This document shows, one piece after another, positions 9,594 through 19,033 of a stretch of 64,000 bases of DNA. The notes under the pieces are model-generated. The model did not search any database, was not told the origin of the DNA, and saw nothing but the letters and a program-made list of their open reading frames with translations. Every line of letters starts with the position of its first letter. Positions within the stretch are counted from its first letter, which is position 1. A program made the position numbers and the translations under genes. This stretch comes from Desulfosudaceae bacterium (GTDB lineage Bacteria; Desulfobacterota; Desulfobacteria; Desulfobacterales; Desulfosudaceae): the NCBI GenBank assembly GCA_963674745.2, contig CAXXDV010000001.1:2048001-2112000 (forward strand), read 5' to 3'.

Positions 9594-10985
9594 CTATTGT
9601 CCGGCTCTGAATTCGGCCAGTGCGTTCTGAATATCATCGAGCAGGTCTTTGGGGAAAATTCTATCAGCCAGCTTCTGCTGCACGGCTTGACTTGCTTTTT
9701 TTACGGCCTGCTGGTCCGCTATCGCAAAAGTGATGCTTTTCATGCCGCATTTGGTCTCAAAGGCCTTGAAGCTTCGTTGCTCGAACACCCTGATCTGCCG
9801 TTTCCATTCAGGTTCAACCGCATTCCATTCAGACGACAGGACTTCTATCATGTTCCGTGCAAATACGGCTGATATGCCGGTCTGCTGCTGAATTCGTTCA
9901 AAGGTTTGGGTACTGACAATAACAACGGCGGGTGAATAAACCAGTGGTTGATCAAGATAAAAAAATGTGTATTGATAGGCCTGCATACCCAGCATCCAGG
10001 CCGCCGGCGCCACATTGACATCGGCCTGCCCGGTATTGAGTGCCGCGATGATCTCGGGAACACCCAGCGGTATGGGCGCAATCCCCAGTTCTTCAAGCAG
10101 CGTCTTTTCTATGATGCCGAACCAGGTGATAATGTTCTGGGCTCTTAACGCGGCCAGATCAGTGGGCTTATTTCTTGAAAACAGGTAAAAAAATCCGGTA
10201 TCAATGACCGCCCACAGGACATAACCCTGTTTTTCAAAGCCTTCATCAAATCGTTTTCTGAATTTTTCTAAAATATAATCCACTTCATCATAGTTTTTGA
10301 ACAAGCCGGGCAGCAGCATCACAGAAGCTTCAGGGCAGGCCTCCAGCACACCCAGGGCGGTGCAGCCGCAGCATTCAAGCCGGCCGTTGTCCATTTTTTT
10401 CAGGATGTCGGTGTCTTCACCCATGACGCCGCCGCCGTATATTTTGATCGAAATCTTGCCATCACTCAGCCGTTCTATTTCAGGAATGGCAATGTTTTCA
10501 GGTACGCTCAGCCATGGCGTGCCGGGCGGGGCCAGTGTACCGACCTTGATCCGGACAGGCGTATCTTTGTTAATCGGTGCGGTCAGTATCCGCCACATGA
10601 TCTCTCTGGCCGTGTTCCAGTTCATATGGGGTGCGAACAGCGCCTCGAAACGGTCAGGCAGGTCTTTTAAAACATAACGGGATGTCTCCTGGCGTTTCAT
10701 TATGGTCCCGAATGCTTTTGCCGTCATATTTTCAAGCTCGCCCCCGGTCACGTCGCCGTTTGTCAACATGCGTTTTAAGGTCTGTTGCCGCTGTTTTAAT
10801 TCCGGGCTGAATTCCCGGCCGGCCCACATGGCTTCCAGGCTGTCGGTCAATATGTTCTGAAACGCATCCCGGGTGGCTTCAGCTGCCATGGCGGGGCTTG
10901 ATGGCAGGAGCAGTATCACCAGGATGGCAAGACAGGCCGGTATCCATCCCCTGGTTTTGAAAAAGCAGTCATTCTTCAGAGCCAT
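9594..10985 (-). CDS. dctP: TRAP substrate-binding protein (DctP/TatP type), paralog 4
   Basis: Same motifs. Confidence 0.88.
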   Translation of the reverse strand: MALKNDCFFKTRGWIPACLAILVILLLPSSPAMAAEATRDAFQNILTDSLEAMWAGREFSPELKQRQQTLKRMLTNGDVTGGELENMTAKAFGTIMKRQETSRYVLKDLPDRFEALFAPHMNWNTAREIMWRILTAPINKDTPVRIKVGTLAPPGTPWLSVPENIAIPEIERLSDGKISIKIYGGGVMGEDTDILKKMDNGRLECCGCTALGVLEACPEASVMLLPGLFKNYDEVDYILEKFRKRFDEGFEKQGYVLWAVIDTGFFYLFSRNKPTDLAALRAQNIITWFGIIEKTLLEELGIAPIPLGVPEIIAALNTGQADVNVAPAAWMLGMQAYQYTFFYLDQPLVYSPAVVIVSTQTFERIQQQTGISAVFARNMIEVLSSEWNAVEPEWKRQIRVFEQRSFKAFETKCGMKSITFAIADQQAVKKASQAVQQKLADRIFPKDLLDDIQNALAEFRAGQ

Positions 10986-11011
10986 GATGTCATTCCCTTT
11001 TCTTTCGAAAT

Positions 11012-12484
11012 CTAATGTGTCGCCCTGTATTGGGCCAGTGCCCGCTGCATGTCATCAATAAGGTCACGCGGGAATATTTTGCCTGCCAGTTTCTGCTGGA
11101 CGGCCTTACTCGCTTTTGCAAGAACCTGTTGGTCCTGGGGTGAAAATGTCATGGCGATCATGCCGCATTTTGTTTCAAACGCTTTTAAGCTTTTTTCTTC
11201 GTAGAGCCTGATCTGGCGTTTCCATTCGGGCTCAATTATGCCCCACTCATACGTCATTATTTCCAGGATATTATGGGCGAAGGTGGCTGATTTCCCCGTC
11301 GTTTTCTGAATTTTTTCTATTATGTGACCGCTGACAATAACGGCTGCCGGTGAGTAAACCAGCGGCGGCTTAAGATAGTAGTTCGAATACTGGTAAGCCT
11401 GCATGCCCAGCATCCAGGCGGCAGGAGCGACGTTGATCTCGGCCTGGCCGGTTGTAAGGGCGGATACTGTATCCGGTACGGCCACGGGGATGGGGTTGAT
11501 CCCCAGTTCACCATAAAACGTTTTTTCTATGGTGCCGAACCAGGTAATGACTTTCTGTTTTCTGATATCTTCAAGACCGGCTGTTTTGTTTTTTGAAAAC
11601 ATGTAAAAAAACCCGGTGTCAATCAGCGCCAGCAGAATGTCTCCCTGATCTTCAAAACCCTTGTCCAGCCGTTTTCTGAATTTTTCAAAAATATAATCCA
11701 CCTCGTCATAATTTTTAAACAGACCCGGAAGCAGCAAAGCCGAAGCCTCGGGACAGGCCTCCAGCACGCCCAGGGCGGTGCAGCCGCAACACTCAAGCTG
11801 CCCTTCGTCCATTTTTTTCAGGACATCGGTGTCTTCTCCCATGACGCCGCCGCCGTAAATTTTGGTCAGAATCCTGCTGCTGCTCAATCGTTCTATTTCG
11901 GGGAACGCAATGTTTTCCGGTACACTCAACCAGGGGGTGCCCGGCGGGGCCATGGTGCCGACCCGGATTAATATGGGATTGTTTTGATCTATTGTGCTTA
12001 CCATCGCCCCCCACATGATTTCTTTGGCCGTTTTCCAGTTCATTACGGGCGAAAGAAGGGCGTCAAAACGGTCAGGGAATGTTTTAGCAGTATATCGGGA
12101 GGTCTTCTGACGATCCATGATGGCAGGAAACACCTTTTTCATCATGTTTTCAAGATCGGCCTTGCTCACCTGGCCGCTTGTCATCATGCCTGTCAGGGCC
12201 TTCTGCCGCTGCTTGAGCGCCGGGGTGAAATCACGGCCTGCCCATATGGCCTCCAGGCTGTCCTGCAATATGCTTTCAAATTCAGCCCGGGTGGCTGCCG
12301 ATACCGGGGCGACTAGCGCCTGCCCGGCGACAATAACCAACAGGATAACGAATATCCGCACCAGAGGCCTGACTGCTTCGCCATACATTTTTGTTATCGC
12401 CATTGTCACGCCTCCTTGTATATTGGTGTGGTCCGTTATGATAAGCATATGAAATAAAACAAATACTTTTTTAGTATCAGGCAA
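11012..12484 (-). CDS. dctP: TRAP substrate-binding protein (DctP/TatP type), paralog 3
   Basis: Same motifs; true start probably MAITK (~12403) after AGGAGG. Confidence 0.88.
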   Translation of the reverse strand: MPDTKKVFVLFHMLIITDHTNIQGGVTMAITKMYGEAVRPLVRIFVILLVIVAGQALVAPVSAATRAEFESILQDSLEAIWAGRDFTPALKQRQKALTGMMTSGQVSKADLENMMKKVFPAIMDRQKTSRYTAKTFPDRFDALLSPVMNWKTAKEIMWGAMVSTIDQNNPILIRVGTMAPPGTPWLSVPENIAFPEIERLSSSRILTKIYGGGVMGEDTDVLKKMDEGQLECCGCTALGVLEACPEASALLLPGLFKNYDEVDYIFEKFRKRLDKGFEDQGDILLALIDTGFFYMFSKNKTAGLEDIRKQKVITWFGTIEKTFYGELGINPIPVAVPDTVSALTTGQAEINVAPAAWMLGMQAYQYSNYYLKPPLVYSPAAVIVSGHIIEKIQKTTGKSATFAHNILEIMTYEWGIIEPEWKRQIRLYEEKSLKAFETKCGMIAMTFSPQDQQVLAKASKAVQQKLAGKIFPRDLIDDMQRALAQYRATH

Positions 12485-12508
12485 ATCCTCAAAATATTCA
12501 AGCCAATA

Positions 12509-13909
12509 TTAATTTTGCGCCCGAAAGGCTTCAAGGGCTTTTTGTATATCTTCCAGTAGGTCTGCCGGAAACGCCTGGCCGGCCATTTTTTTTTGCACGG
12601 CCTTGCTTGCCAGCTCAATTCGTTTTTGATCTTCCGGTGATAATGTTATGACCTTCATACCGCACTTGGTCTCAAAGGCCTGGAGGCTTTTTTGTTCGTA
12701 ATCTCGTATCAGGCTGTTCCACTTTGGTTCAAATGCGTTGAATTCAGAAACGATTATTTCTTGAATATTGTGAGTAAACGTCGAGGAAATCCCCAGTTGT
12801 TTTTGAAGCCTTTCGATCATGCCGGTGCTGACAAAAACAGCTGAAGGCGAGTAAAGCAGCGGCGGTTTGATATAATAGTTAACATATTGATAAGCCTGCA
12901 TGCCCAGCACCCACCCCGCCGGCGCCAGGGAAGCATCTGCCACGCCCAGGCTGAGTGACGAAACGATGTCGGGTACTGACACCGGCATGCCACGAATACC
13001 TATTTCCTGGTAGAGCGTTGTCTGAATGACACCAAACCAGGAAAGCATTCTCTGCTTCTTTAAATCTTCCAAATCGTTGATTTTGTTTTTTGAAAAAAAA
13101 TAAAAAAAGCCGGTGTCGACAAAGGCCCCCACAATGTATCCGCGTTCTTCAAACGCTTTTTCCAGGCGGTTTCTGAATGTTGAGATGATGTAATCGATTT
13201 CCCCATAGTTACGGAAAAGACCGGGCATCAACAGCGCCGATGTATCCGGTGCTGCGGCCAGAACACCCAGCGCGCTGCAGCCGCAGCCGTCAAGCCGGTC
13301 ATCTTCCATTTTCTGCATGACATCGGTATCGCTGCCCATAACCCCGCCGCCGTAAATTTTTACCCGGATTTTGCCCTGGCTCAATTTTTCTATTTCCGGC
13401 AGCAGTATCGTCTCGGGCGCGTTTAACCAGGGGGTCCCCGGAGGCGCCAGGGTACCGATTCTGACCAGTACGGGGTCATCTTCTTTGGCCACGGATGATA
13501 TCGCTCTCCACATGATTTTCCGGAAACCGTCCCAGTCCATATAAGGCGAGAAAAGCGTATTAATGTGTTCGGGAAGAGTTTTTAAAACATATCGCGTTGT
13601 TTTATGGGTGTTCATTATGGTGAGAAGGCTCTGCTCTGTCATGATCTCAAGCTCGTCTTTGCTTACACCACCTGTGGCCAGCATCTGTTTAAGTGTATCT
13701 TGCCGCCGCAACAATTCCGGGCTGGATGTCTGACCGGTCCATAAGACGGTCAGGCTGTCCTGCAATATGTTTTTAAATTCTGCCAGGGAATTGTCTGCTG
13801 CGCTTGTCAATGTCGGTTGCCCTGCCGCGAAAATCAGCATCAGGGCCAAAAAGCACACGGCCGACACCCGGTTCCGCCCGGTACGAATGTTGGAAATGGC
13901 CATGGTCAA
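12509..13909 (-). CDS. dctP: TRAP substrate-binding protein (DctP/TatP type), paralog 2
   Basis: Same motifs. Confidence 0.88.
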   Translation of the reverse strand: MTMAISNIRTGRNRVSAVCFLALMLIFAAGQPTLTSAADNSLAEFKNILQDSLTVLWTGQTSSPELLRRQDTLKQMLATGGVSKDELEIMTEQSLLTIMNTHKTTRYVLKTLPEHINTLFSPYMDWDGFRKIMWRAISSVAKEDDPVLVRIGTLAPPGTPWLNAPETILLPEIEKLSQGKIRVKIYGGGVMGSDTDVMQKMEDDRLDGCGCSALGVLAAAPDTSALLMPGLFRNYGEIDYIISTFRNRLEKAFEERGYIVGAFVDTGFFYFFSKNKINDLEDLKKQRMLSWFGVIQTTLYQEIGIRGMPVSVPDIVSSLSLGVADASLAPAGWVLGMQAYQYVNYYIKPPLLYSPSAVFVSTGMIERLQKQLGISSTFTHNIQEIIVSEFNAFEPKWNSLIRDYEQKSLQAFETKCGMKVITLSPEDQKRIELASKAVQKKMAGQAFPADLLEDIQKALEAFRAQN

Positions 13910-13951
13910 GCCTCCTTATGTTGATGTATGATAAAGGAATATATAATCGGT

Positions 13952-15367
13952 TTAATGCTGAGCCCTGTAGTTTTCGAGCGCCTTGTTTATTTTTTCGATA
14001 AAATCCTTTGAAAAAGCCTTGCCGGCCAGATTCAGCTGAATGGCCTTACCGGCTTTCTCGATTCGCTGCTGGTCTTCAGGGCTAAGCGTAAACGCGCATA
14101 TGCCGCATTTGGTTTCAAAGGCTTTCAGGCTTTTTTCTTCATAGGCTCTGATCTGACGGTTCCATTCCGGTTCAATCGCCATAATTTCAGCAATGATTAA
14201 TTCTTGAATGTTTGATGCCAGGGTATTGGATATCCCCACCTGTTTTTCTATTCTTTTTACGGTTTGCCGGGTGACAAAAATAGCCGTAGGTGAATAGAGC
14301 AACGGCGGCTTGCAGTAAAAGTTCGCGTATTGATAAGCCTGCATGCCCAGCATCCAGGCAGCGGGGGACAGGACGGTATCTCCGGCATCGGTGCCGAACG
14401 CCGAAACAACGTCAGGTACTGCAACGGGTATAGAATTGATTCCAAGTTCTTGAAACAGGGCCGCCTCAATCGCCCCGAACCATGTCAGTACCTTCTGCTT
14501 TTTTAAAGCCGGCAGCCCGCTTATTTTATTTTTTGAAAACAGATAAAAATATCCGGTATCAATCAGTCCGGCAAGTACGTATCCCCTTGCCTCAAAGGCT
14601 TTATCAAGGTCTTTTCTGAATGTTTTGCAGATGTAATCAATTTCGTCATAATTCTTGAATAAACCGGGCAGCAGCATTGCAGATGCTTCCGGAGAGGCTT
14701 CCAGAACACCCAGCGCAGTGCAACCGCATCCGTCAAGCCGGCCGGCGGTCATTTTTTTCAGGATTTCCGTGTCCTCGCCCATGACACCGCCGCCGTAAAT
14801 TTTTAAGCGGACTTTTCCCTGGCTTATTTTGGAAATTTTAGGGAAGAGCATCGTTTCAGGCACTTCAATCCAGGGGGTCCCCGGTGGGCCAAGGGTGCCG
14901 ATGGTGATCCGGACAGGGTCGGCTGCATCAACCGATGACACCAGTGCCCACCACATTATTTTTTCAAACTCCTGCCAGTTCATGACAGGTGAAAACAGTG
15001 TGTTGATCTGTTCAGGGAGCGCAGCCAAGATATATCGTGACGTTTTATACTTATCTACTATGGGAACAAGGGAAGATTTCACCATATTTGAAAGATCGGC
15101 CTTTCCCATAGGGTTTGATTTCAGCAGGGTTTTAAAGGCGTTTTGCTGTTGTTTAAACGCCGGCGTGTGTGATTTTCCGGTCCATAGCGCAACCAGGCAG
15201 TCATTTATGACGGCCTGAATGACCTTCGGAGTTGAATTTTCCGCCTTCGCAGCCGGCGAACCGGCGGCGACAATCATCATAATAATAAGACAGGACAGCG
15301 TCGGCAGTCGTTGAATTTGCAGATGAACTTTAGAAATGCTCATGAAGCCCCCCCCCCTTGAGTTCAA
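13952..15367 (-). CDS. dctP: TRAP substrate-binding protein (DctP/TatP type), paralog 1
   Basis: Same motifs; true start probably MSISK (15343). Confidence 0.88.
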   Translation of the reverse strand: MNSRGGGFMSISKVHLQIQRLPTLSCLIIMMIVAAGSPAAKAENSTPKVIQAVINDCLVALWTGKSHTPAFKQQQNAFKTLLKSNPMGKADLSNMVKSSLVPIVDKYKTSRYILAALPEQINTLFSPVMNWQEFEKIMWWALVSSVDAADPVRITIGTLGPPGTPWIEVPETMLFPKISKISQGKVRLKIYGGGVMGEDTEILKKMTAGRLDGCGCTALGVLEASPEASAMLLPGLFKNYDEIDYICKTFRKDLDKAFEARGYVLAGLIDTGYFYLFSKNKISGLPALKKQKVLTWFGAIEAALFQELGINSIPVAVPDVVSAFGTDAGDTVLSPAAWMLGMQAYQYANFYCKPPLLYSPTAIFVTRQTVKRIEKQVGISNTLASNIQELIIAEIMAIEPEWNRQIRAYEEKSLKAFETKCGICAFTLSPEDQQRIEKAGKAIQLNLAGKAFSKDFIEKINKALENYRAQH

Positions 15368-15592
15368 ATGGCTGACAAACGTTTTTGTCTAATTGTTTTT
15401 TCCGCGTTTTTCTTAACAGCTTCCATATATTCGTTAAGGCGGGTTTTTGAAAGCCGCCGTTCTACCCGGGTTGGAATCGGCATGGACGCCTCGATGATCG
15501 GCGCATAAAATAATCAGTAAAAGCAAAAACGGCCTGCGTCAGCATGACGCAGGCCGAAATGATCACGATCACCCACTGTTTTTTCATGTTTC

Positions 15593-15807
15593 TTAATGGG
15601 ATGCTCTGTATTCCGCCAGCGCCTTTTGAATCTGGTCGATCAGGTCTTTGAAAAAAGCCTTGCCGGCCAGTTTCTGCAAAACGGCTGCACTGGCCTTCTT
15701 GATGCGATCCTGGTCTGCGGGCGGAAGATTCATGGGTGTTTGGATGCCACATTTGTTTTCAAAGGCCCGCAGCGTTTTTTCTCATCGCTTCTGATCTGTT
15801 GTTTCCA
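15593..15807 (-). pseudogene. C-terminal remnant of a seventh DctP paralog
   Basis: WKQQIRSDEKK/(frameshift)LRAFENKCGI...DQDRIKKASAAVLQKLAGKAFFKDLIDQIQKALAEYRASH* matches the paralog C-termini; the rest of the gene is absent. Confidence 0.85.
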
Positions 15808-15950
15808 TGTAACCATCAGTTCCATAATGAAGCAGGAAAGCATCGACGATTTTTCAGTACCAGAACACAAATCAGGAAAGGCCATTATCACCTTATCCTT
15901 TTTGTGTTTTTTCAGAGCCTATGTCTGTATCTTCATTCTTTTCCAGAACC

Positions 15951-17261
15951 TCATAGCAGGTCCATGGGGTCAATCAGGTTTTTCTTGGTCGTAAATTTAA
16001 GCAGATACAGTGAAAAATCGGGAACGTAGGTTATTAAAATAAGCCCGATTACCAGGATAATGAAGAACGGAATAACCGATTTTAAAATTACCGGAAAAGA
16101 CTTGTTGAATTTTATCGAGGAGATAAACAGGCTCATACCGATTGGCGGGGTGACAAAGCCGAGCTCCATATTGGCCAGAAAGATGATGCCCAGATGAATC
16201 GGATCAACGCCATACTTTAAGGCAATGGGAACAATAATCGGCACCACGATGGCGCAAGCTGAAAATATGTCCATGGCCGTACCGACAAACAGGAGGAAAA
16301 TATTCAAAAGCAGGAGAAAGACATATTTATTGCTGACATGGTTGCAGATGATTTCAAACAATTGATCCGGAATGGACAGGGTCACAAACACATCCGTCAA
16401 CCCCAAAGCCATCCCCACAATGATCAGAATTGAGCCGTTCATGATCATGCTGCGACGAATAACGGTGATTAATTTGGTTACGGTCATATCCTTGGTGACA
16501 AACAGTTCGACCAGTAATACATAGACCGCGGTAACGGCGGCGGCTTCAGGGGCGGAGAAGATGCCGCCCAGGATACCGCCGACAACGAAAAAAGGCAGCG
16601 GCAATTCCCACATGATATCTCTGGTTGACGCCAGTATCTCAGAAAGGGAAATTTTTTTATGCCTGGTGTATTTAATGCCGAAGAAGAAAGAGTATATCCA
16701 CATCAATACCAGCAGGAGTAAGCCGGGAATAAGTCCGGCGATGAACATGTCTTCAACGTTCAGCGGTGTCTGCTGGCTGGCGATGACGCCATACAGAATC
16801 AGCGGCAGGCACGGCATAAACAGGGTGCCCAGGCTGCCGCCGGTGGTAATAAGCCCCAGGGTGAAGTTCTCGGGATAGTTGTCCTGGCGAAAAGCCGGGT
16901 AGAGGAGGGTGCCGATGGCCACAATGGTAATGGCACTGGCACCCGTGAAAGCCGTGAATATGGAACAGGCAATCAAGGCCACCAGGCACAACCCGCCGGG
17001 CATCCAGCCGATAAGCGAGTTGGTGAATCGCAGCATTTTTTCCGGGACCCGGCTTTCAGCCAGCAGATATCCGGAAAAAATAAAGAGTGGTACTGCCACA
17101 AACACCGGCATGGTGGTCAGCCGGTAAAAATCCGTAAACAGGGTAGCGGGTGCGATGCCAAGCACAACAAAAAAACTCGCAAAAGCCGCGCCGCCGATGA
17201 TAATAAACAGTGGTTCCCCGAAAACTGCCAGCAGGACAAGCCCTAATACAATAAAGCCCAC
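15951..17261 (-). CDS. dctM: TRAP transporter large permease
   Basis: FVAVPLFIFSGYLL, GGSLGTLFMPCLPLILYG, GVDPIHLGIIFLANMELGFVTPPIG. Confidence 0.93.
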   Translation of the reverse strand: MGFIVLGLVLLAVFGEPLFIIIGGAAFASFFVVLGIAPATLFTDFYRLTTMPVFVAVPLFIFSGYLLAESRVPEKMLRFTNSLIGWMPGGLCLVALIACSIFTAFTGASAITIVAIGTLLYPAFRQDNYPENFTLGLITTGGSLGTLFMPCLPLILYGVIASQQTPLNVEDMFIAGLIPGLLLLVLMWIYSFFFGIKYTRHKKISLSEILASTRDIMWELPLPFFVVGGILGGIFSAPEAAAVTAVYVLLVELFVTKDMTVTKLITVIRRSMIMNGSILIIVGMALGLTDVFVTLSIPDQLFEIICNHVSNKYVFLLLLNIFLLFVGTAMDIFSACAIVVPIIVPIALKYGVDPIHLGIIFLANMELGFVTPPIGMSLFISSIKFNKSFPVILKSVIPFFIILVIGLILITYVPDFSLYLLKFTTKKNLIDPMDLL

Positions 17262-17285
17262 GCCGTCTCCATTTCTGCTATCGCA

Positions 17286-17792
17286 TTATTGCTGTTTTTG
17301 TCTTTCTTTTATTTCGATTATATCCGTCAAAAAACAAACGAAAAACTTATAGGCCATGGAAAGAAAACAAACAGGGAAAATCAGTGTGATCACCCACTCC
17401 GGGGTGTGTATGGCCTGTTCTATTTTTCCCACGCTTTTGGTTACAAGTACATAGTGTGCGGCAAAGGAACAAAACATCAAGCAGGCCATGCTGGCGATAA
17501 ACGTCAACACCGCGTTCAAGTATTTATTATATGGAAATTTGAGAATCCCCTGAAAAAGGTCAATATTAATATGACTTCTTTCAAAACTCGTTGTCGCGAT
17601 ACTTGCCCCCAGCATGGCCAGTACCAGCAACGCCATATTATTGTAGACGGCCATCCAGATAATGGAAAAAGAAAAGAAATTTCGCAGGACGACCTGACTG
17701 AACGCGAAAACCGAAAGTGACAACAATAATATGACGATGGCCGTCAGTTCGATGTTGTATATAGCTTTTTCAATTTTATACAAAAGTTTCAT
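17286..17792 (-). CDS. dctQ: TRAP transporter small permease
   Basis: Four TM segments; QVVLRNFF, LGASIA..SHINID. Confidence 0.9.
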   Translation of the reverse strand: MKLLYKIEKAIYNIELTAIVILLLSLSVFAFSQVVLRNFFSFSIIWMAVYNNMALLVLAMLGASIATTSFERSHINIDLFQGILKFPYNKYLNAVLTFIASMACLMFCSFAAHYVLVTKSVGKIEQAIHTPEWVITLIFPVCFLSMAYKFFVCFLTDIIEIKERQKQQ

Positions 17793-17798
17793 TTTAAG

Positions 17799-18668
17799 TT
17801 ACCGGCTCCCCATTTTTTCCAGGTAAATTTCAGCCTTGTATTTGGCAATCTGATTTAACAGTTCCACTTCCGGCATCTGTCCGTCCGGGGTGTCGATAAT
17901 GCTCTGATAAATGGCCCTGGTATCGTTGTCGTCTGTAACATAAAACCGGGCGTAAAACACCTTGGAAAGGAGAAACTTACCATCGTTCATATCGGAAATG
18001 GTCTGGAACGCTTTTTTTGCTTTTTGTTTGTCGCCGCCGAAGGTGGCCGGCAGCATGCTGTTGACCGTTCCCACAAACAGATGGGCATAGCCGTAGAAAT
18101 AATCGCCGTCAACTTCAGCTACATGGTTGGCCATATTGTTCACCGCGGCCAGGTCGATGGCGATCATGGGATCACCGGCGTTCAGCAGCACATTGGCGCC
18201 CATGCAGGAGGCCGTCCACATCAGAACCGGAATGAATTTTTTGCTTTTGATTTTTTTGCAGGCCACACTGATGCTTTCACCTTTTTTAAGTGCATTGCGG
18301 AACCCCCGGTGATGTTTCAGCGCTTTTATCCCCAGTTCGGTCCCCCGGGTGTATAAGGTGGTCGCCTGTTCAGGATCTACATCTTCAACCATCATTCCCA
18401 GGCCGGTATAAGCTTTTGTCGCCATGATCAGCAACAGCATGTCGTCAGGAGCGGTTTCCAGCATTCCTTCGAGCAGCAGGAGCTGTCCCGGAAGCCCCTT
18501 TTTTACGAGATCAAGATTTTTTTGCTGGAAAAGTGCAACCTCGATATTCTCAATGGCAGGGTGTGCGATCTTAATCCCTGAGCGCATCATGGAAGTGCAT
18601 CCGGATACCATTACCAGAAGAGCGGCTACGGCACACATACACACCAATTTCTGTTTGAATGAGGTCAT
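17799..18668 (-). CDS. TRAP transporter TatT component (TPAT lipoprotein)
   Basis: Lipobox VSGC; DLVKKGLPGQLLLLEGML, A..LY.RG, YFYGYAHLF.G..LP..FGGD..KA pattern of the TP0956/TatT family; adjacent to dctQM. Confidence 0.85.
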   Translation of the reverse strand: MTSFKQKLVCMCAVAALLVMVSGCTSMMRSGIKIAHPAIENIEVALFQQKNLDLVKKGLPGQLLLLEGMLETAPDDMLLLIMATKAYTGLGMMVEDVDPEQATTLYTRGTELGIKALKHHRGFRNALKKGESISVACKKIKSKKFIPVLMWTASCMGANVLLNAGDPMIAIDLAAVNNMANHVAEVDGDYFYGYAHLFVGTVNSMLPATFGGDKQKAKKAFQTISDMNDGKFLLSKVFYARFYVTDDNDTRAIYQSIIDTPDGQMPEVELLNQIAKYKAEIYLEKMGSR

Positions 18669-18954
18669 GCTGGTCTCCCTTCCTTAACTTATGTTTTTTA
18701 TAAAAACCCGATCAAACCGGGAATGCTCCAAAATATGAGCTTGAACCCTTATGGTATCAGTTCATAAAAACGTGGTAACTATAACGGACAACAAACCGGC
18801 AGTCAAACCATTTCAGAAGATATCCCGAGAAGTTCGGTGTCTGCGTGCATTTTATAATTAATAAAAGTAAAACGTTTAATTTTTTAAATTGAATAATGTT
18901 CATTAACCGTATTTGTCAATAGTTTTTCGACTGAGCCCTGCCGGGGATAAAGGA

Positions 18955-18983
18955 TTGACATAAGCGGCTGTTTTTTCTATAAA
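18955..18983 (+). promoter_or_regulatory. Sigma70-type promoter
   Basis: TTGACA-17 nt-TATAAA, ~50 nt before ATG 19034. Confidence 0.65.
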
Positions 18984-19033
18984 GGACCCTGTCCGTATCA
19001 ATCAACCCCTTTTATTTATTGCAGGAAACAGCA

